Shown here one piece after another: positions 19,834-29,516 of a stretch of 64,000 nt of DNA. The stretch covers positions 640,001 through 704,000 of the forward strand of contig CAWFKH010000003.1 of NCBI GenBank assembly GCA_963816355.1. The letters run 5' to 3'. This DNA comes from an uncultured Gemmatimonadales bacterium (lineage in GTDB: Bacteria; Gemmatimonadota; Gemmatimonadetes; Longimicrobiales; RSA9). Within the stretch, counting starts at the first letter, position 1. Every line of letters starts with the position of its first letter. Below the pieces are notes generated by a model. It was given only the letters and a program-made list of their open reading frames with translations. It had not been told where the DNA came from and ran no database searches. Both the position numbers and the translations under genes were made by a program.

Positions 19834-20295
19834 CTCCCCGCCGCCACGCGGGCATCCCCTCGGCGCAGCCGAGCTTCCCCGCCGCAGGCGGCCCCCGCCG
19901 TCAGGCGGGCATCCCCTCGGCGCAGCCGAGCTTCCCCGCCGCAGGCGGCCCCCGCCGTCAGGCGGGCATCCCCTCGGCGCAGCCGAGCTTCCCCGCCGCA
20001 GGCGGCCCCCGCCGTCAGGCGGGCTTCCCCGCCGCAGGCGGACCCCGCCGCAAGGCGGGCTTCCCCGCCGCAGGCGGCCCCCGCCGTCAGGCGGGCTTCC
20101 CCGCCGCAGGCGGACCCCGCCGCAAGGCGGGCTTCCCCGCCGCAGGCGGACCCCCGCCGCAAGGCGGGCTTCCCCGCCGCAGGCGGACCCCGCCGCAAGG
20201 CGGGCTTCCCTCGGCGCAGCCGAGCTTCCCTCGCCCGCCAGGGCGAGCTTCCCTCGCCGCCAGGCGAGCTTCCCTCGGCGCCAGCCGAGCGCTCA
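19834..20295 (-). repeat. GGAAG-hairpin repeat array C (inverted relative to B)
   Basis: Reverse complement begins TGAGCGCTCG at the stop of the Flp-like gene and uses the same hairpin units as array B. Confidence 0.9.
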
Positions 20296-20616
20296 GCTAG
20301 CAGCCCCGAAATCCTCGCCGATGCCGTGCATGAGGCTGCTCGTCTCCTTGCCGAAATACGACAGCATCCCGATCAGCAGGATCGCCACCAACGTCAGCAG
20401 GAGGAGCAGCTCGACGAGCCCTTGCCCCCGTCGGCGGCGTGGATCGGCGGCGGAGGCGCCTGCGCGGCGCGGATCGGCGGCGCAGGCGGCGTCATGGCCC
20501 GCGTCGGCGTTCGGCGCGCCGCCTCCGCCGGGCGTCGGCGCGGTCGGCGTCGTGCTCGTGGCGGTTCCGCCGAGGCAGCCGACGGCGTCGCGGAGAAGGC
20601 TTCCGGGCATGGTCAC
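20293..20616 (-). CDS. Flp/Tad-type pilin-like protein
   Basis: RRRRG/QGLVELLLLLTLVAILLIGMLSYFG: Gly at -1, Glu at +5, hydrophobic helix, short mature part (43 aa). Confidence 0.65.
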   Translation of the reverse strand: MTMPGSLLRDAVGCLGGTATSTTPTAPTPGGGGAPNADAGHDAACAADPRRAGASAADPRRRRGQGLVELLLLLTLVAILLIGMLSYFGKETSSLMHGIGEDFGAAS

Positions 20617-20685
20617 TCGATCCGTTCGGGGTGAGGGCCGTCGTGGCCGGCCGTGAATTCGGGGCGTGGGGCGCCGCAGCGCCGA

Positions 20686-21252
20686 TCAGCGTCGGGCGGG
20701 CGCATCCGGTCGGCTGCCGCTCGCGCGGGTAATGCCGCGGGCGCTGTCGCGTGGCGACGTCGGCTGCACCGACTCCGAGCTGCGAGTGGCTCCGCGCGCG
20801 GTCGCGTTGCCGGGCGACGGCGCCGCGCGGCCGGCCGGCGCCGGGTCGCGCGTGCCTGCCGGCGGCGCGAGGTTCGTGGCGGGTGACGGCGCGACGAGGG
20901 CGCCGATCGACGCCGTGCCGAGCGGCGTCGCCAGCGCGGGGGCGGCGGACGACGACGTCGCTTCCGCCCGCGCCGGCGCGCCTCGTCCTTCGTCGCCGAA
21001 GATCGGCGCCAGGCGTTGGCGCACCGTGCGCATCGCGGACGAGGCCTCGATCCCGAGCGCCGACATCCCCGCGAGCGTCACGAGGGTCACGAGCAGCGAG
21101 ACGAGCATCGCTTCGACGGCGTAGCGCTTCGCCCCGCCCGGCGCCTGCTTCCGTCTCGGTGCCCCTTCGTCGACGACGTCCAGCTCCACCGATGCCAATC
21201 CGACCTCCCTCTGCGGCCCACGCCCTTCCCCCGGAACCTGTTCATTCTCCAT
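20686..21252 (-). CDS. Single-TM protein with Flp-like helix and Pro/Ala/Ser/Thr-rich tail
   Basis: AVEAMLVSLLVTLVTLAGMSALGIEASSAMRTV; start at ATG 21252 is tentative. Confidence 0.5.
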   Translation of the reverse strand: MENEQVPGEGRGPQREVGLASVELDVVDEGAPRRKQAPGGAKRYAVEAMLVSLLVTLVTLAGMSALGIEASSAMRTVRQRLAPIFGDEGRGAPARAEATSSSAAPALATPLGTASIGALVAPSPATNLAPPAGTRDPAPAGRAAPSPGNATARGATRSSESVQPTSPRDSARGITRASGSRPDAPARR

Positions 21253-21499
21253 GCCGCGCCACGAGCCGCCCTCCAGGCACCGTTTCTCCAGTGAAGACGC
21301 CATGTTCCGACGGCTTCGCCCGCCCGCCCCGTAACGATCCATTGCTGCCCCTCCCGATCGTTCCGTTGCGTCGTCCGCCCGCTCCGCCGCCTCGATCGCC
21401 AGGTTGCCGCCTCGATCGCCAGGGTCGCCACCAGCCTCACCCCGCCAACACACGAAAAGCGGCCACCCCCTGTCGGGAGCAACCGCCCTCCGCCCGCGC

Positions 21500-21797
21500 A
21501 CGCAAAGCCCGAGCCCCCCGCCGCCAGGCGGCTTCCCTCGGCGAAGCCCGAGCCCCCCCGCCGCCAGGCGGCTTCCCTCGGCGAAGCCCGAGCCCCCCCG
21601 CCGCCAGGCGGCCCCCTCGGCGAAGCCCGAGGCCCCCCGCCGCCAGGCGGCTTCCCTCGGCGAAGCCGAGCCTCCCCGCCGTCAGGCGGCCCCCCGCCGT
21701 CAGGCGGGCTTCCCTCGGCGAAGCCGAGCTTCCCTCGGCGCCAGCCGAGCTTCCCTCGCCGGCAGGCGAGCTTCCCTCGGCGCCAGCCGAGCGCTCA
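21500..21797 (-). repeat. GGAAG-hairpin repeat array D
   Basis: Reverse complement begins TGAGCGCTCGGCTGGCGCCGAGGGAAG at the stop of the beta-barrel gene. Confidence 0.88.
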
Positions 21798-22460
21798 GTG
21801 CCAATCGATCGCCGAGAAGATCGACAGCGAGACGCCGATCTGGTGCACCGGTCCGAACGCGGAGCCGTTCAGGTCCTGGAACGGCGACTGGAGCGCGACG
21901 CGGTCGGTCGCCTCGATGCGGAAGCCGATCTGCTGCGAATCGTTCATGCCCCAGCGCAGGTCGGGCAGGATGTCGAAGCCGACGCTGCCGAGCACGGCGA
22001 ACTGGTTCTCGTCGTGGCCGGAGTAGATCGCGCCCGCCTCGCCGATGACGACGCGGGGGCCGGTGCCGACCTGGTAGCTCACGACGCCGACGCCGGCGCC
22101 GATGAACGGCGACACGGTGCGCTCGTCGCTCGCCGGGGCGAGGCGGAGCAGCAGGCTCGCGTCGGCCATCCAGGTGCGGATGTCGCCGACGGCGGAGGCG
22201 CTGCCGAGCTGCAGCGGGCGCTGCGTGAAGGCGCCGCCGATGCGGCCGGCGACGCGCCGGCCCCACCACTTCTCGACGTGCGCGTTGGCGAGCCAGCCGG
22301 CCTGCAGCTTGAGCGCCTGGGGCCCGTCGGCGAGGTTGGTGAAGAAGACGCCGCCGCCGCCCCAGCCGATGTCGGCGTCGTAGTCCTGGGCGGCCGCGCG
22401 CGTCGCGCCCGCGGCGAGCGTCGCGGCCCCCATCAGCAGTACTGCTGCGATCCGTCGCAT
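21795..22460 (-). CDS. Small outer-membrane beta-barrel protein
   Basis: Signal peptide MRRIAAVLL...AAA/Q, alternating amphipathic strands, SPFIGAGVGVV; GGAGA ribosome-binding site. Confidence 0.75.
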   Translation of the reverse strand: MRRIAAVLLMGAATLAAGATRAAAQDYDADIGWGGGGVFFTNLADGPQALKLQAGWLANAHVEKWWGRRVAGRIGGAFTQRPLQLGSASAVGDIRTWMADASLLLRLAPASDERTVSPFIGAGVGVVSYQVGTGPRVVIGEAGAIYSGHDENQFAVLGSVGFDILPDLRWGMNDSQQIGFRIEATDRVALQSPFQDLNGSAFGPVHQIGVSLSIFSAIDWH

Positions 22461-22471
22461 CGTCGTCTCTC

Positions 22472-24382
22472 CTACTGCAGGTCGCGGGCGCGAACGTTGA
22501 CGAGCACCACCCCGCCCGAGGCGGTGATCCCGTAGAGCTTGGCCACGACGCACTGTGGGTTGCCCGGACAGCTCAGGCCGGCGTTGTCGCTCGCCAGCGG
22601 TCCGGACACGCGCATCGGTCCCGTGATGTTCGCCTTGATCGGGATCTCGGCGCGCGGCAGGAAGTGCGTCGTGTCGACCGCCTTGATCGACGCGTCGGTC
22701 GTGCCGATGAACGCGTAGGGCGGCGTCGTCGGCGCGTTGCCCGGCTGGAACGCCGCGCCCGCGCCGCCGGACACGCCGGGCGAGTACTCGCCCTGCAGCC
22801 GCAGTTGCTCGGTGAAGAAGTAGGCCGCCTCGGATCCGCGTGCGACGCCGAAGCTGCCGTCGAAGTTCAGGTCGAGGCCGTGCACCTGTTCGGCGGCGTT
22901 GTGGAAGAGGTCGATCACCTCGATCGAAGCCGAGATGCGGTCGTTCTGCGCGTTGTAGAGGTAGATGCGGCCCGCCGGCGAGCGCGCGCCCTCGCCGAAC
23001 GCGACGACGTGGCGGTCGCCCGAGACGCTGACGAACGTGGTGTCGCCGAAACCGGCCGCGAAGAGCTGGAACGTGCCCGGCACCGCGACGATGTCGGAGC
23101 CCTTCGACTGCAGGTCCGGCACCGCGTTCTCGATGCGCGCCAGGATGCTCTGGATCACCTGCGCCGGGAACCCCGGCTTGTGGTCGTAGAGCACGATCTG
23201 GTCGTCGCCGGCCGCGAACGCCGTCACCTTCACGCTGTCGATGTTGGCGAACGACCATACGGTCGCCGACGGCGTGTAGGTGTAGTCGAGGAACTTCACT
23301 TCCGGCACGTCCTGCGACGACGTCGGGTCCGGGTTCGGATCCGTGTAGCGGATCGTCCCCTGCGGCGCCGTCACCGTCGGCAGCGTCGAGAAGAAGACGC
23401 GGCCGCGGTAGTCCTGCGCCAGGAACTCGGGCCGGTCGCTGAAGTCGATCGGCGTGACCAGGTAGCGCGAGCGGAACTGCTCGTCGTTGTTGACGTTCAC
23501 CTGGAAGAGCACCGCGTTCGGCATGTTCAGCCGCCGCGACACGTCCTCGTTCAGCGTGCCGAGCGGCACGTACGAGATGCTGGTGCCGCCGGAGTTGGCC
23601 ACCAGCAGCGTGTCGGAGGTGCGGTTCAGCGCCAGGCCCCACGGCTCCGAGCCCACCTCGACGAACGGCCGGAACGAGCTGGTCGGGATGTCGAGCACCT
23701 CGAGCCGGTGCCGCGTCTGGTTCGACAGGTAGAGCCGCTGCCGCGACACGTCCACCACCGCGTCCGCGATCGTGCCGGACGCCGGCAGATCGATCGTGCG
23801 GCCCCGCACCGCCAGCACGTCCGACGCCTGCCCCACCGCGTCCGCCGCCACCGTCGCGCCGTCCACCGTGTCGCACGAGAGCCGCTGCTCGCTGTCCTTC
23901 ACCGCCGCGACGCACAGCCCCTGCGAGTCGGTGGCGAAGCCGAACACCTCCAGGCTCAGCGAGTCCGGCAGCTCCGCGTCGCTCGTGACCGGCAGCGCGA
24001 ACGTGAACGTGTTCGACACCGTGCCGGTCTCGGCCGGCGAGAAGTTGCGGCTGTCCTGCAGCGTGGTCGTCGTGCCGCCGGAGTGGCGGACGCGAACCGT
24101 CGTGCCGACCGTCGCGATCCCCCGCTTGCCCGACAGGTCCCGCACCGTCACGTGCACGCGGATGCTGTCGCTCAGCTCCATGCGCGGCTGCGACTCCGTG
24201 CTCACGCTCACCGCGAGCGGAGTCAGGTTGACGTTCACCTCGCCGTCCTGCACGTCGTAGAGCGTGTCCGCCTCGCATGCGGCGAGGAGCGACACGGCCG
24301 TGAGAGCGACCGCGAGGCGGCCGATCACACGCGTGCGCGAGAGCGTCGAGCGGGGCACGGCGTTCGTTTCGGTGGCCTGCAT
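22472..24382 (-). CDS. Lipoprotein with Ig-like region and beta-propeller (YVTN-like)
   Basis: Lipobox LAAC; RLYLSN...LEVLD, VEVGSEPWGLAL...LLVANSG propeller-blade patterns. Confidence 0.8.
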   Translation of the reverse strand: MQATETNAVPRSTLSRTRVIGRLAVALTAVSLLAACEADTLYDVQDGEVNVNLTPLAVSVSTESQPRMELSDSIRVHVTVRDLSGKRGIATVGTTVRVRHSGGTTTTLQDSRNFSPAETGTVSNTFTFALPVTSDAELPDSLSLEVFGFATDSQGLCVAAVKDSEQRLSCDTVDGATVAADAVGQASDVLAVRGRTIDLPASGTIADAVVDVSRQRLYLSNQTRHRLEVLDIPTSSFRPFVEVGSEPWGLALNRTSDTLLVANSGGTSISYVPLGTLNEDVSRRLNMPNAVLFQVNVNNDEQFRSRYLVTPIDFSDRPEFLAQDYRGRVFFSTLPTVTAPQGTIRYTDPNPDPTSSQDVPEVKFLDYTYTPSATVWSFANIDSVKVTAFAAGDDQIVLYDHKPGFPAQVIQSILARIENAVPDLQSKGSDIVAVPGTFQLFAAGFGDTTFVSVSGDRHVVAFGEGARSPAGRIYLYNAQNDRISASIEVIDLFHNAAEQVHGLDLNFDGSFGVARGSEAAYFFTEQLRLQGEYSPGVSGGAGAAFQPGNAPTTPPYAFIGTTDASIKAVDTTHFLPRAEIPIKANITGPMRVSGPLASDNAGLSCPGNPQCVVAKLYGITASGGVVLVNVRARDLQ

Positions 24383-24556
24383 GATCTTTCCTCGATGAGT
24401 CGCGGTCGCTGCAGCGACCAGGTGCCGACATCGGGCGCCGGCTGGCGCAGGAATGCAAAGATGCGTCGCCCGCTCGGGCGGCGCCTCATGCATTCACGAC
24501 CACCGGCCGTGTCCATGACTGTCAATCCGGGGAGTAAGCACGGGGGGATAGCGTGA

Positions 24557-24585
24557 AGGTTAGGCGCGGCCCACGGGATTGTCAA
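24557..24585 (-). promoter_or_regulatory. Sigma-70 promoter for the lipoprotein-barrel operon
   Basis: Minus strand TTGACA (24585-24580), 17-nt spacer, TAACCT (24562-24557). Confidence 0.65.
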
Positions 24586-24607
24586 GACGGTTGCCGCGTG
24601 TTATCGT
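24579..24607 (+). promoter_or_regulatory. Sigma-70 promoter for the glycosylation cluster
   Basis: TTGTCA (24579-24584), 17-nt spacer, TATCGT (24602-24607), with extended -10 TG at 24599-24600. Confidence 0.6.
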
Positions 24608-24668
24608 GGGGCCCGTCCCTCCCCGCCACATCGCGATCGTTACCCGACTGCCCGGATCCTCTGCCCCA

Positions 24669-26226
24669 ATGGACCAAGGCCGAGCGCCCGTTCCGTCCGC
24701 GTTCGACGTCGTCTTCATCGTGCTGGCGCTGCTCGTCCCGCTCGCGTGGGTGCGCCCGCTCCTGAACGCCGACGGCGACCTCGCGCGCCACCTCCGCGTC
24801 GGCGAGACCATCCTGCAGCGCGGCGGCCTCTTCTTCACCGACCCATTCTCCAACACCATGTTCGGCCGCCCGTTCGTGCCCTACGAATGGCTCAGCGAGG
24901 TGATCGACGCGCTGCTGAACCGCCTCGGCGGCCTGCCCGCCATCGCCATCTTCAACGGGCTCGTCATCGGCCTCACCTACGCGCTCGTCGTCCTCTTCCT
25001 GCGACGTCGCGGCGTCGACCCCCTGCTCGGCTTCCTCGTCGGCATGCTCGCCGCCGCCGTCGCGTGCGTGCACTGGCTCGCGCGCCCGCACCTCTGGACC
25101 CCGCTCGGCGCGATCCTGCTGCTGTTCGTCCTCGAGCCGCCGCGCCGCGACGCGGGGGCGGCGCGCGCCGTGGAAGCGGCTGCTCTGGCTGGTGCCGCTG
25201 TTCGCGTTGTGGGCGAATGTGCATGGGGGGTTCCTGTATGGGTTGGTGCTGGTGGGGGTGTTCGTGGGGGGAGACGTGCTGGAGCTGGGGAGCGGTCTGG
25301 GGTCTGCGGAGGGGGTCTGGGGGGGGGTGTGGGGTACGGGGTCTGCGGGGGGTCTGCGGTCTGCGGGGGGGGGGCGGCTCCTTTACCATCTGGGGGCGCT
25401 CGGGGTGGCGGGGGTGGCGTGTCTGGTCAATCCGGTGGGGCCGGGGCTTTACGCGCACGTGCTCGGGTGGTTCGGGCAGCGCTACGTGATCGACAACACG
25501 GGGGAGTACCTGTCGCCGGACTTCCACCGGCGCAGCGTGCAGATCTTTCTCTTCGCGCTCGTGCTCGTCGTCTTCGCGCTGGCCCTCTCGCGGCGGCGCA
25601 TCCGCTGGTCGCGGCTCGCGGTCGTGGTGGTGGGCGTCTTCTTCGCGCTGTACTCGGGACGCAACATCCCGCTCTTCGCGGTCACGGCGCTGCCGCTGCT
25701 GGCGCTCGAGCTGGACGGCGAGTGGCGCGCGCTGCCGTGGGCGCGGCGGCTCGGCGCCGGGTTCGCGGCGGGCGACCGGGCGGCGATCGCGGGGATCTGG
25801 TCCGGCGTCGTCGCGGCGGGGCTCGTCGTCCTGATGGCGAGCGGCGGCCGCGTGGGCGGGCGCACGCTCGTGCGCGCCTCCTTCGCCCCGGACATCTTCC
25901 CGGTGCGGGCGGTCGAGCGCGCGCGCGCGGCGCACCTCGACGGGCGCATGTTCAACTCCTTCGGCTGGGGCGGCTACCTGCTGTGGGCGTGGCCGGAGCA
26001 GAAGGTGTTCATCGACGGCCAGACCGACTTCTACGGCGAGAAGGTGTTCCGCACCTACCAGGAGATCGCCGGCCTGCAGCCGGGCTGGCGCACCAAGCTC
26101 GATTCGCTCGGCATCTCGCTCGCCGTCATCGACACCCGCTCCGCCCTCGCCAACGAGCTCGAGCACGAGCCGGGGTGGCGCCGCTGGTACGGCGACAGCG
26201 TCGCCGTCGTGCTGCGGCGCGAGTAG
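24669..26226 (+). CDS. GT-C-like membrane glycosyltransferase, family A copy 1 (one frameshift near 25154-25158)
   Basis: DGDLARHLRVG, DPFS, YEWLSEV, ARPHL, then in another frame WANVHGGF, EYLSPDFH, VFIDGQTDFYG. Removing one G from the G5 run restores colinearity with copy 2. Confidence 0.75.
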
Positions 26227-26239
26227 CTCGGCACCCGCG

Positions 26240-27973
26240 ATGACCTCGGTCGTTCCTCCGACTCCCGATGCGGCCGCGACGGAGCGGATGGCGCCTGGCT
26301 CCGCCGCGACCGTGGCGTCCCGCGTCGCTCCGACCGTGCCGTCCCGCGTCGCTCCGCTCGTGTCGTCCCGCTTCGGCCCGCTGCGGGTCGGCCTCGTGGT
26401 CGCCGCCGCGGTGCTGCTCCTCGTCCCCGGCCCCTACGTCGCCGGCTCGTTCGGCGACGACGCGCTCTACGTCGCGCTCGGCAAGGCGATCGCCGCCGGC
26501 CGCGGCTACCGCGAGCTGTTCACGCTGGGGCAGCCGCCGCACCTGCGCTATCCGCCGGGGCTGCCGGTGCTGCTCGCGGGGCTGTGGCGCGCGTTCGGCC
26601 GCGTCGACGCGGTGCTGCGCGCGGCGGTCGTCGCGAACGCGCTGGCGATCGGCGCCGCCGCGGGCGCGATCTGGGCGTACGGCCGCCGCATCGGCGTCGC
26701 GCCTCTCACGCTCGCGATCTTCGCGCTCGGTCCGTTCTTCCTGGACGCGTCGCTCGAGTACGCCTCCGTCGCGCTGAGCGAGCCGTACATGCTGCTCACG
26801 TGGGCGGTGGCGGTGCTGCTCGCGGAGCGCCTGGGGCGCGAGGAGCGGCCGCGCCACGCGCTCGCGCTCGCGCTCGGCGTCGGACTCGCGCTCGGCGTCG
26901 CGGGCCTCTTCCGCACGCAGGCGGTCACGCTGATCCCCGGCTTCCTGATCGCGCTGCTGCTGCTGCGGCAGCCGGTACGGCGCGTCGCGCTCACGGCACT
27001 GGCGGCCGGCGCCGTGTGCATCCTGCCGACGCTGCGGACGCTGCTGCCCGCGGACGCATCCGACCCGCTCGCGTCCGAGTCCTACTTCCACTATTTCGTG
27101 CGCGCCTCCGCCGCCTCGCCGCTGCGGGAGGCGCTCCATCAGCTCGCCTTCAACGGCCGCGCCTATCTCGGCTGGTTTCCGCCGTACTTCTCCGCGACGC
27201 CGCTGGTGGGGCGCCTCGTCGTCGGCTCGCTGCTCGCGGCCGCGGTCTTCGGCGGCGCGCGGCTGGCGCGGCGGCGGCCGGAGCTCGTGTGGCCGGCGCT
27301 CGGCTTCCTCGTCGTGATCATGGCGTGGCCCGGCATGAGCGACCGCCTCGCGCTGCCCGCGGTCCCGTTCCTGGGCGTCATGGCGGCGTACCGGATCGAC
27401 CTCGAGATCGCGCGCGTCCCGGCGCGCTGGCGCCGTCTCCCGCCCCTGCTGCTGCTGGCGGCCGCCGCGGCGGTCGGCGCGCGGCAGGTGCAGGTCCGCG
27501 CGGAGGGGCGGGCCGGAGCGCGCACCGCCGGTCCGTGGGCCTACAACGCGCCCTCCTTCCTGCTGCCGTGGACCGACGGCTTCATCCGCGCGAGCGTCGC
27601 GCGTCTCGAGCGGGACGTGGACCCGCGGCTCGTCGTGATGGTCGACCGGGCCCCCGCGATCTGGCTCTACGCCGGCCGCCTCACGGTCCCGCCCGACGCC
27701 GGCCGCGTCCCGGTCGCGCCCGGCGAATACCTCGCCGACCGCATCCGGCTCGGCCAGGTCGGCGTCGTCGTCGTCGGCAGCCCCGCGTTCCCGAGCGCGG
27801 TCGACGTCGCCACGCTGCGCGACGCCTGCCCGGACCTGCTCGAGCCGGTCGGCGGCCTCGACGCGTTCCCGCCGATCTACCGGGTGGGCCGGGCGCCGTG
27901 CCCCGCCTTCGCCATACCGGACCGCGCCGTGCCGGCGGCGCAGGAGCGGCGCGGTGCCGCCGCGCCCGGCTAG
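26240..27973 (+). CDS. GT-C-like (ArnT/PMT-type) membrane glycosyltransferase, family B copy 1
   Basis: GSFGDDALYVALG after TM1, YPPGLP, LSEPY, FRTQA; many TM helices. Confidence 0.75.
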   Translation: MTSVVPPTPDAAATERMAPGSAATVASRVAPTVPSRVAPLVSSRFGPLRVGLVVAAAVLLLVPGPYVAGSFGDDALYVALGKAIAAGRGYRELFTLGQPPHLRYPPGLPVLLAGLWRAFGRVDAVLRAAVVANALAIGAAAGAIWAYGRRIGVAPLTLAIFALGPFFLDASLEYASVALSEPYMLLTWAVAVLLAERLGREERPRHALALALGVGLALGVAGLFRTQAVTLIPGFLIALLLLRQPVRRVALTALAAGAVCILPTLRTLLPADASDPLASESYFHYFVRASAASPLREALHQLAFNGRAYLGWFPPYFSATPLVGRLVVGSLLAAAVFGGARLARRRPELVWPALGFLVVIMAWPGMSDRLALPAVPFLGVMAAYRIDLEIARVPARWRRLPPLLLLAAAAAVGARQVQVRAEGRAGARTAGPWAYNAPSFLLPWTDGFIRASVARLERDVDPRLVVMVDRAPAIWLYAGRLTVPPDAGRVPVAPGEYLADRIRLGQVGVVVVGSPAFPSAVDVATLRDACPDLLEPVGGLDAFPPIYRVGRAPCPAFAIPDRAVPAAQERRGAAAPG

Positions 27974-27977
27974 CGCG

Positions 27978-29516
27978 ATGGCCGCCGACGCAGCCGCCGC
28001 CGCGCGCGCGACGCCCCGGCACCGGCGAGGCCGCGAGCCGGAGCCGCCCTCGCGCGCCGCGCGCGGCCTCCGCCTCGCGCCGTCCGTCGCGGACATCGTC
28101 TTCCTCACCGTCGCGTCGCTCTGCGTGCTGCTGCTCGGCAGCCTGCTCTTCAGCGGCGACGGCGACCTCGGCCGCCACATCCGCGTCGGCGCCTACATCC
28201 TGCGCCACGGCATGATCCACCGCGACGTCTTCTCGCACACGCGCGCGGGCGATCCCTTCGTCGCCTACGAATGGCTCAGCGAGGTCGCGTTCGCCGCCGC
28301 CGCGGCCGCCGCGGGGCTGCGCGGCGTCGTCCTGCTCACCGCCGCGCTGCTCGCCGCGGCGCACGCGCTCGTCGCGCTCTTCCTCGTGCGGCGCGGCGTC
28401 TCGCCGAGCCTCGCGCTGCTCGTCGCGCTCGCCTCCGTCGCGGTCGGCTGGGTCCACTGGGCCGCGCGGCCGCACGCCTTCACGCTCGTCGCCGTCGTCG
28501 CGCTGCTCTTCATCCTCGAGGCGCCGCGGCGCCGGCTGCTGGCGACGGCGCTCCTCTTCGCACTGTGGGCGAACCTGCACGGCGGCTTCCTCTTCGGCCT
28601 CGGCGTGGCCGGCCTCTACCTCGCCGGCGCCGTGATCGACGGCGACGGCGCCGCGCGCGACCGCTGCGCGGCGACGCTCGCCGTCGCCCTCGTCGCGTGC
28701 CTGCTCAACCCCGCCGGCCCGCGCCTGCTCCTCCACGTCGCCGGCTGGTTCCGCGAGCGCGTCATCATCGACAGCACGGTCGAGTACCTGTCGCCGGACT
28801 TCCACCAGCCGGGGCCGCGCGCTTTCCTCGTCGCGCTGCTCGCCGTCGTCGCGGTCCTGGCGCGCGCGCGCCGCCCGCTGCCCACCGCGCGCGCGCTCGT
28901 GATCGTCGCCGCCACCGGCGCCGCGCTCCTGTCGCAGCGCAACATCAGCCTCTTCGCGCTCACCGCGCTGCCGCTCGCCGCGCTCCGGTTCGCGCGGCCT
29001 CGCGGCCCGGATCCGCTCGCGGAGGACCGCAGCGGCCCGCTCGTGCGCGCGCGCCGCGATCCGCTCGCGCTCGGCGAGGCGCACGCGCTGCCGGGTGCGT
29101 GGAGCGCGGCGGGCCTCGTCGCGCTCGCGCTCGCCAGCCTCGGAGCGTTCGGCGCGCCGGCCACCGCGGAGCCGCGCTTCCCGGCCCACCGCTTCCCGGT
29201 CGAGGCGGTCGCGGCCGCGCGCGCGGCGGACGTGCACGGCCGCATGTACAACGCGCTGGACTGGGGCGGCTACATCCTGTGGAAATGGCCGGCCCAGCGC
29301 GTCTTCATCGACGGCCAGACGGACTTCTACGGCTCCGCCCTCTTCCGCGAGTACCAGGCGGTGATGCGCCTCGACGACGGCTGGCGCGACGTCCTGCGCC
29401 GGCACGGCGTCACGCTCCTGATCGTGCCGCCGTACTGGCCGGTCGCGCGCGCGCTGCAACGCGAGGGGTGGCGCACCCTTCACAGCGACCCGACCGCCGC
29501 CGTGCTCGTCCCGTGA
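27978..29516 (+). CDS. GT-C-like membrane glycosyltransferase, family A copy 2
   Basis: DGDLGRHIRVG, YEWLSEV, ARPH, WANLHGGF, EYLSPDFH, VFIDGQTDFYG. Confidence 0.78.
   Translation: MAADAAAAARATPRHRRGREPEPPSRAARGLRLAPSVADIVFLTVASLCVLLLGSLLFSGDGDLGRHIRVGAYILRHGMIHRDVFSHTRAGDPFVAYEWLSEVAFAAAAAAAGLRGVVLLTAALLAAAHALVALFLVRRGVSPSLALLVALASVAVGWVHWAARPHAFTLVAVVALLFILEAPRRRLLATALLFALWANLHGGFLFGLGVAGLYLAGAVIDGDGAARDRCAATLAVALVACLLNPAGPRLLLHVAGWFRERVIIDSTVEYLSPDFHQPGPRAFLVALLAVVAVLARARRPLPTARALVIVAATGAALLSQRNISLFALTALPLAALRFARPRGPDPLAEDRSGPLVRARRDPLALGEAHALPGAWSAAGLVALALASLGAFGAPATAEPRFPAHRFPVEAVAAARAADVHGRMYNALDWGGYILWKWPAQRVFIDGQTDFYGSALFREYQAVMRLDDGWRDVLRRHGVTLLIVPPYWPVARALQREGWRTLHSDPTAAVLVP

Noticed and set aside
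17955..20300. Long repetitive ORFs over arrays B and C
   Set aside because: They are translations of stop-free GC repeats in several frames with no protein-like content.
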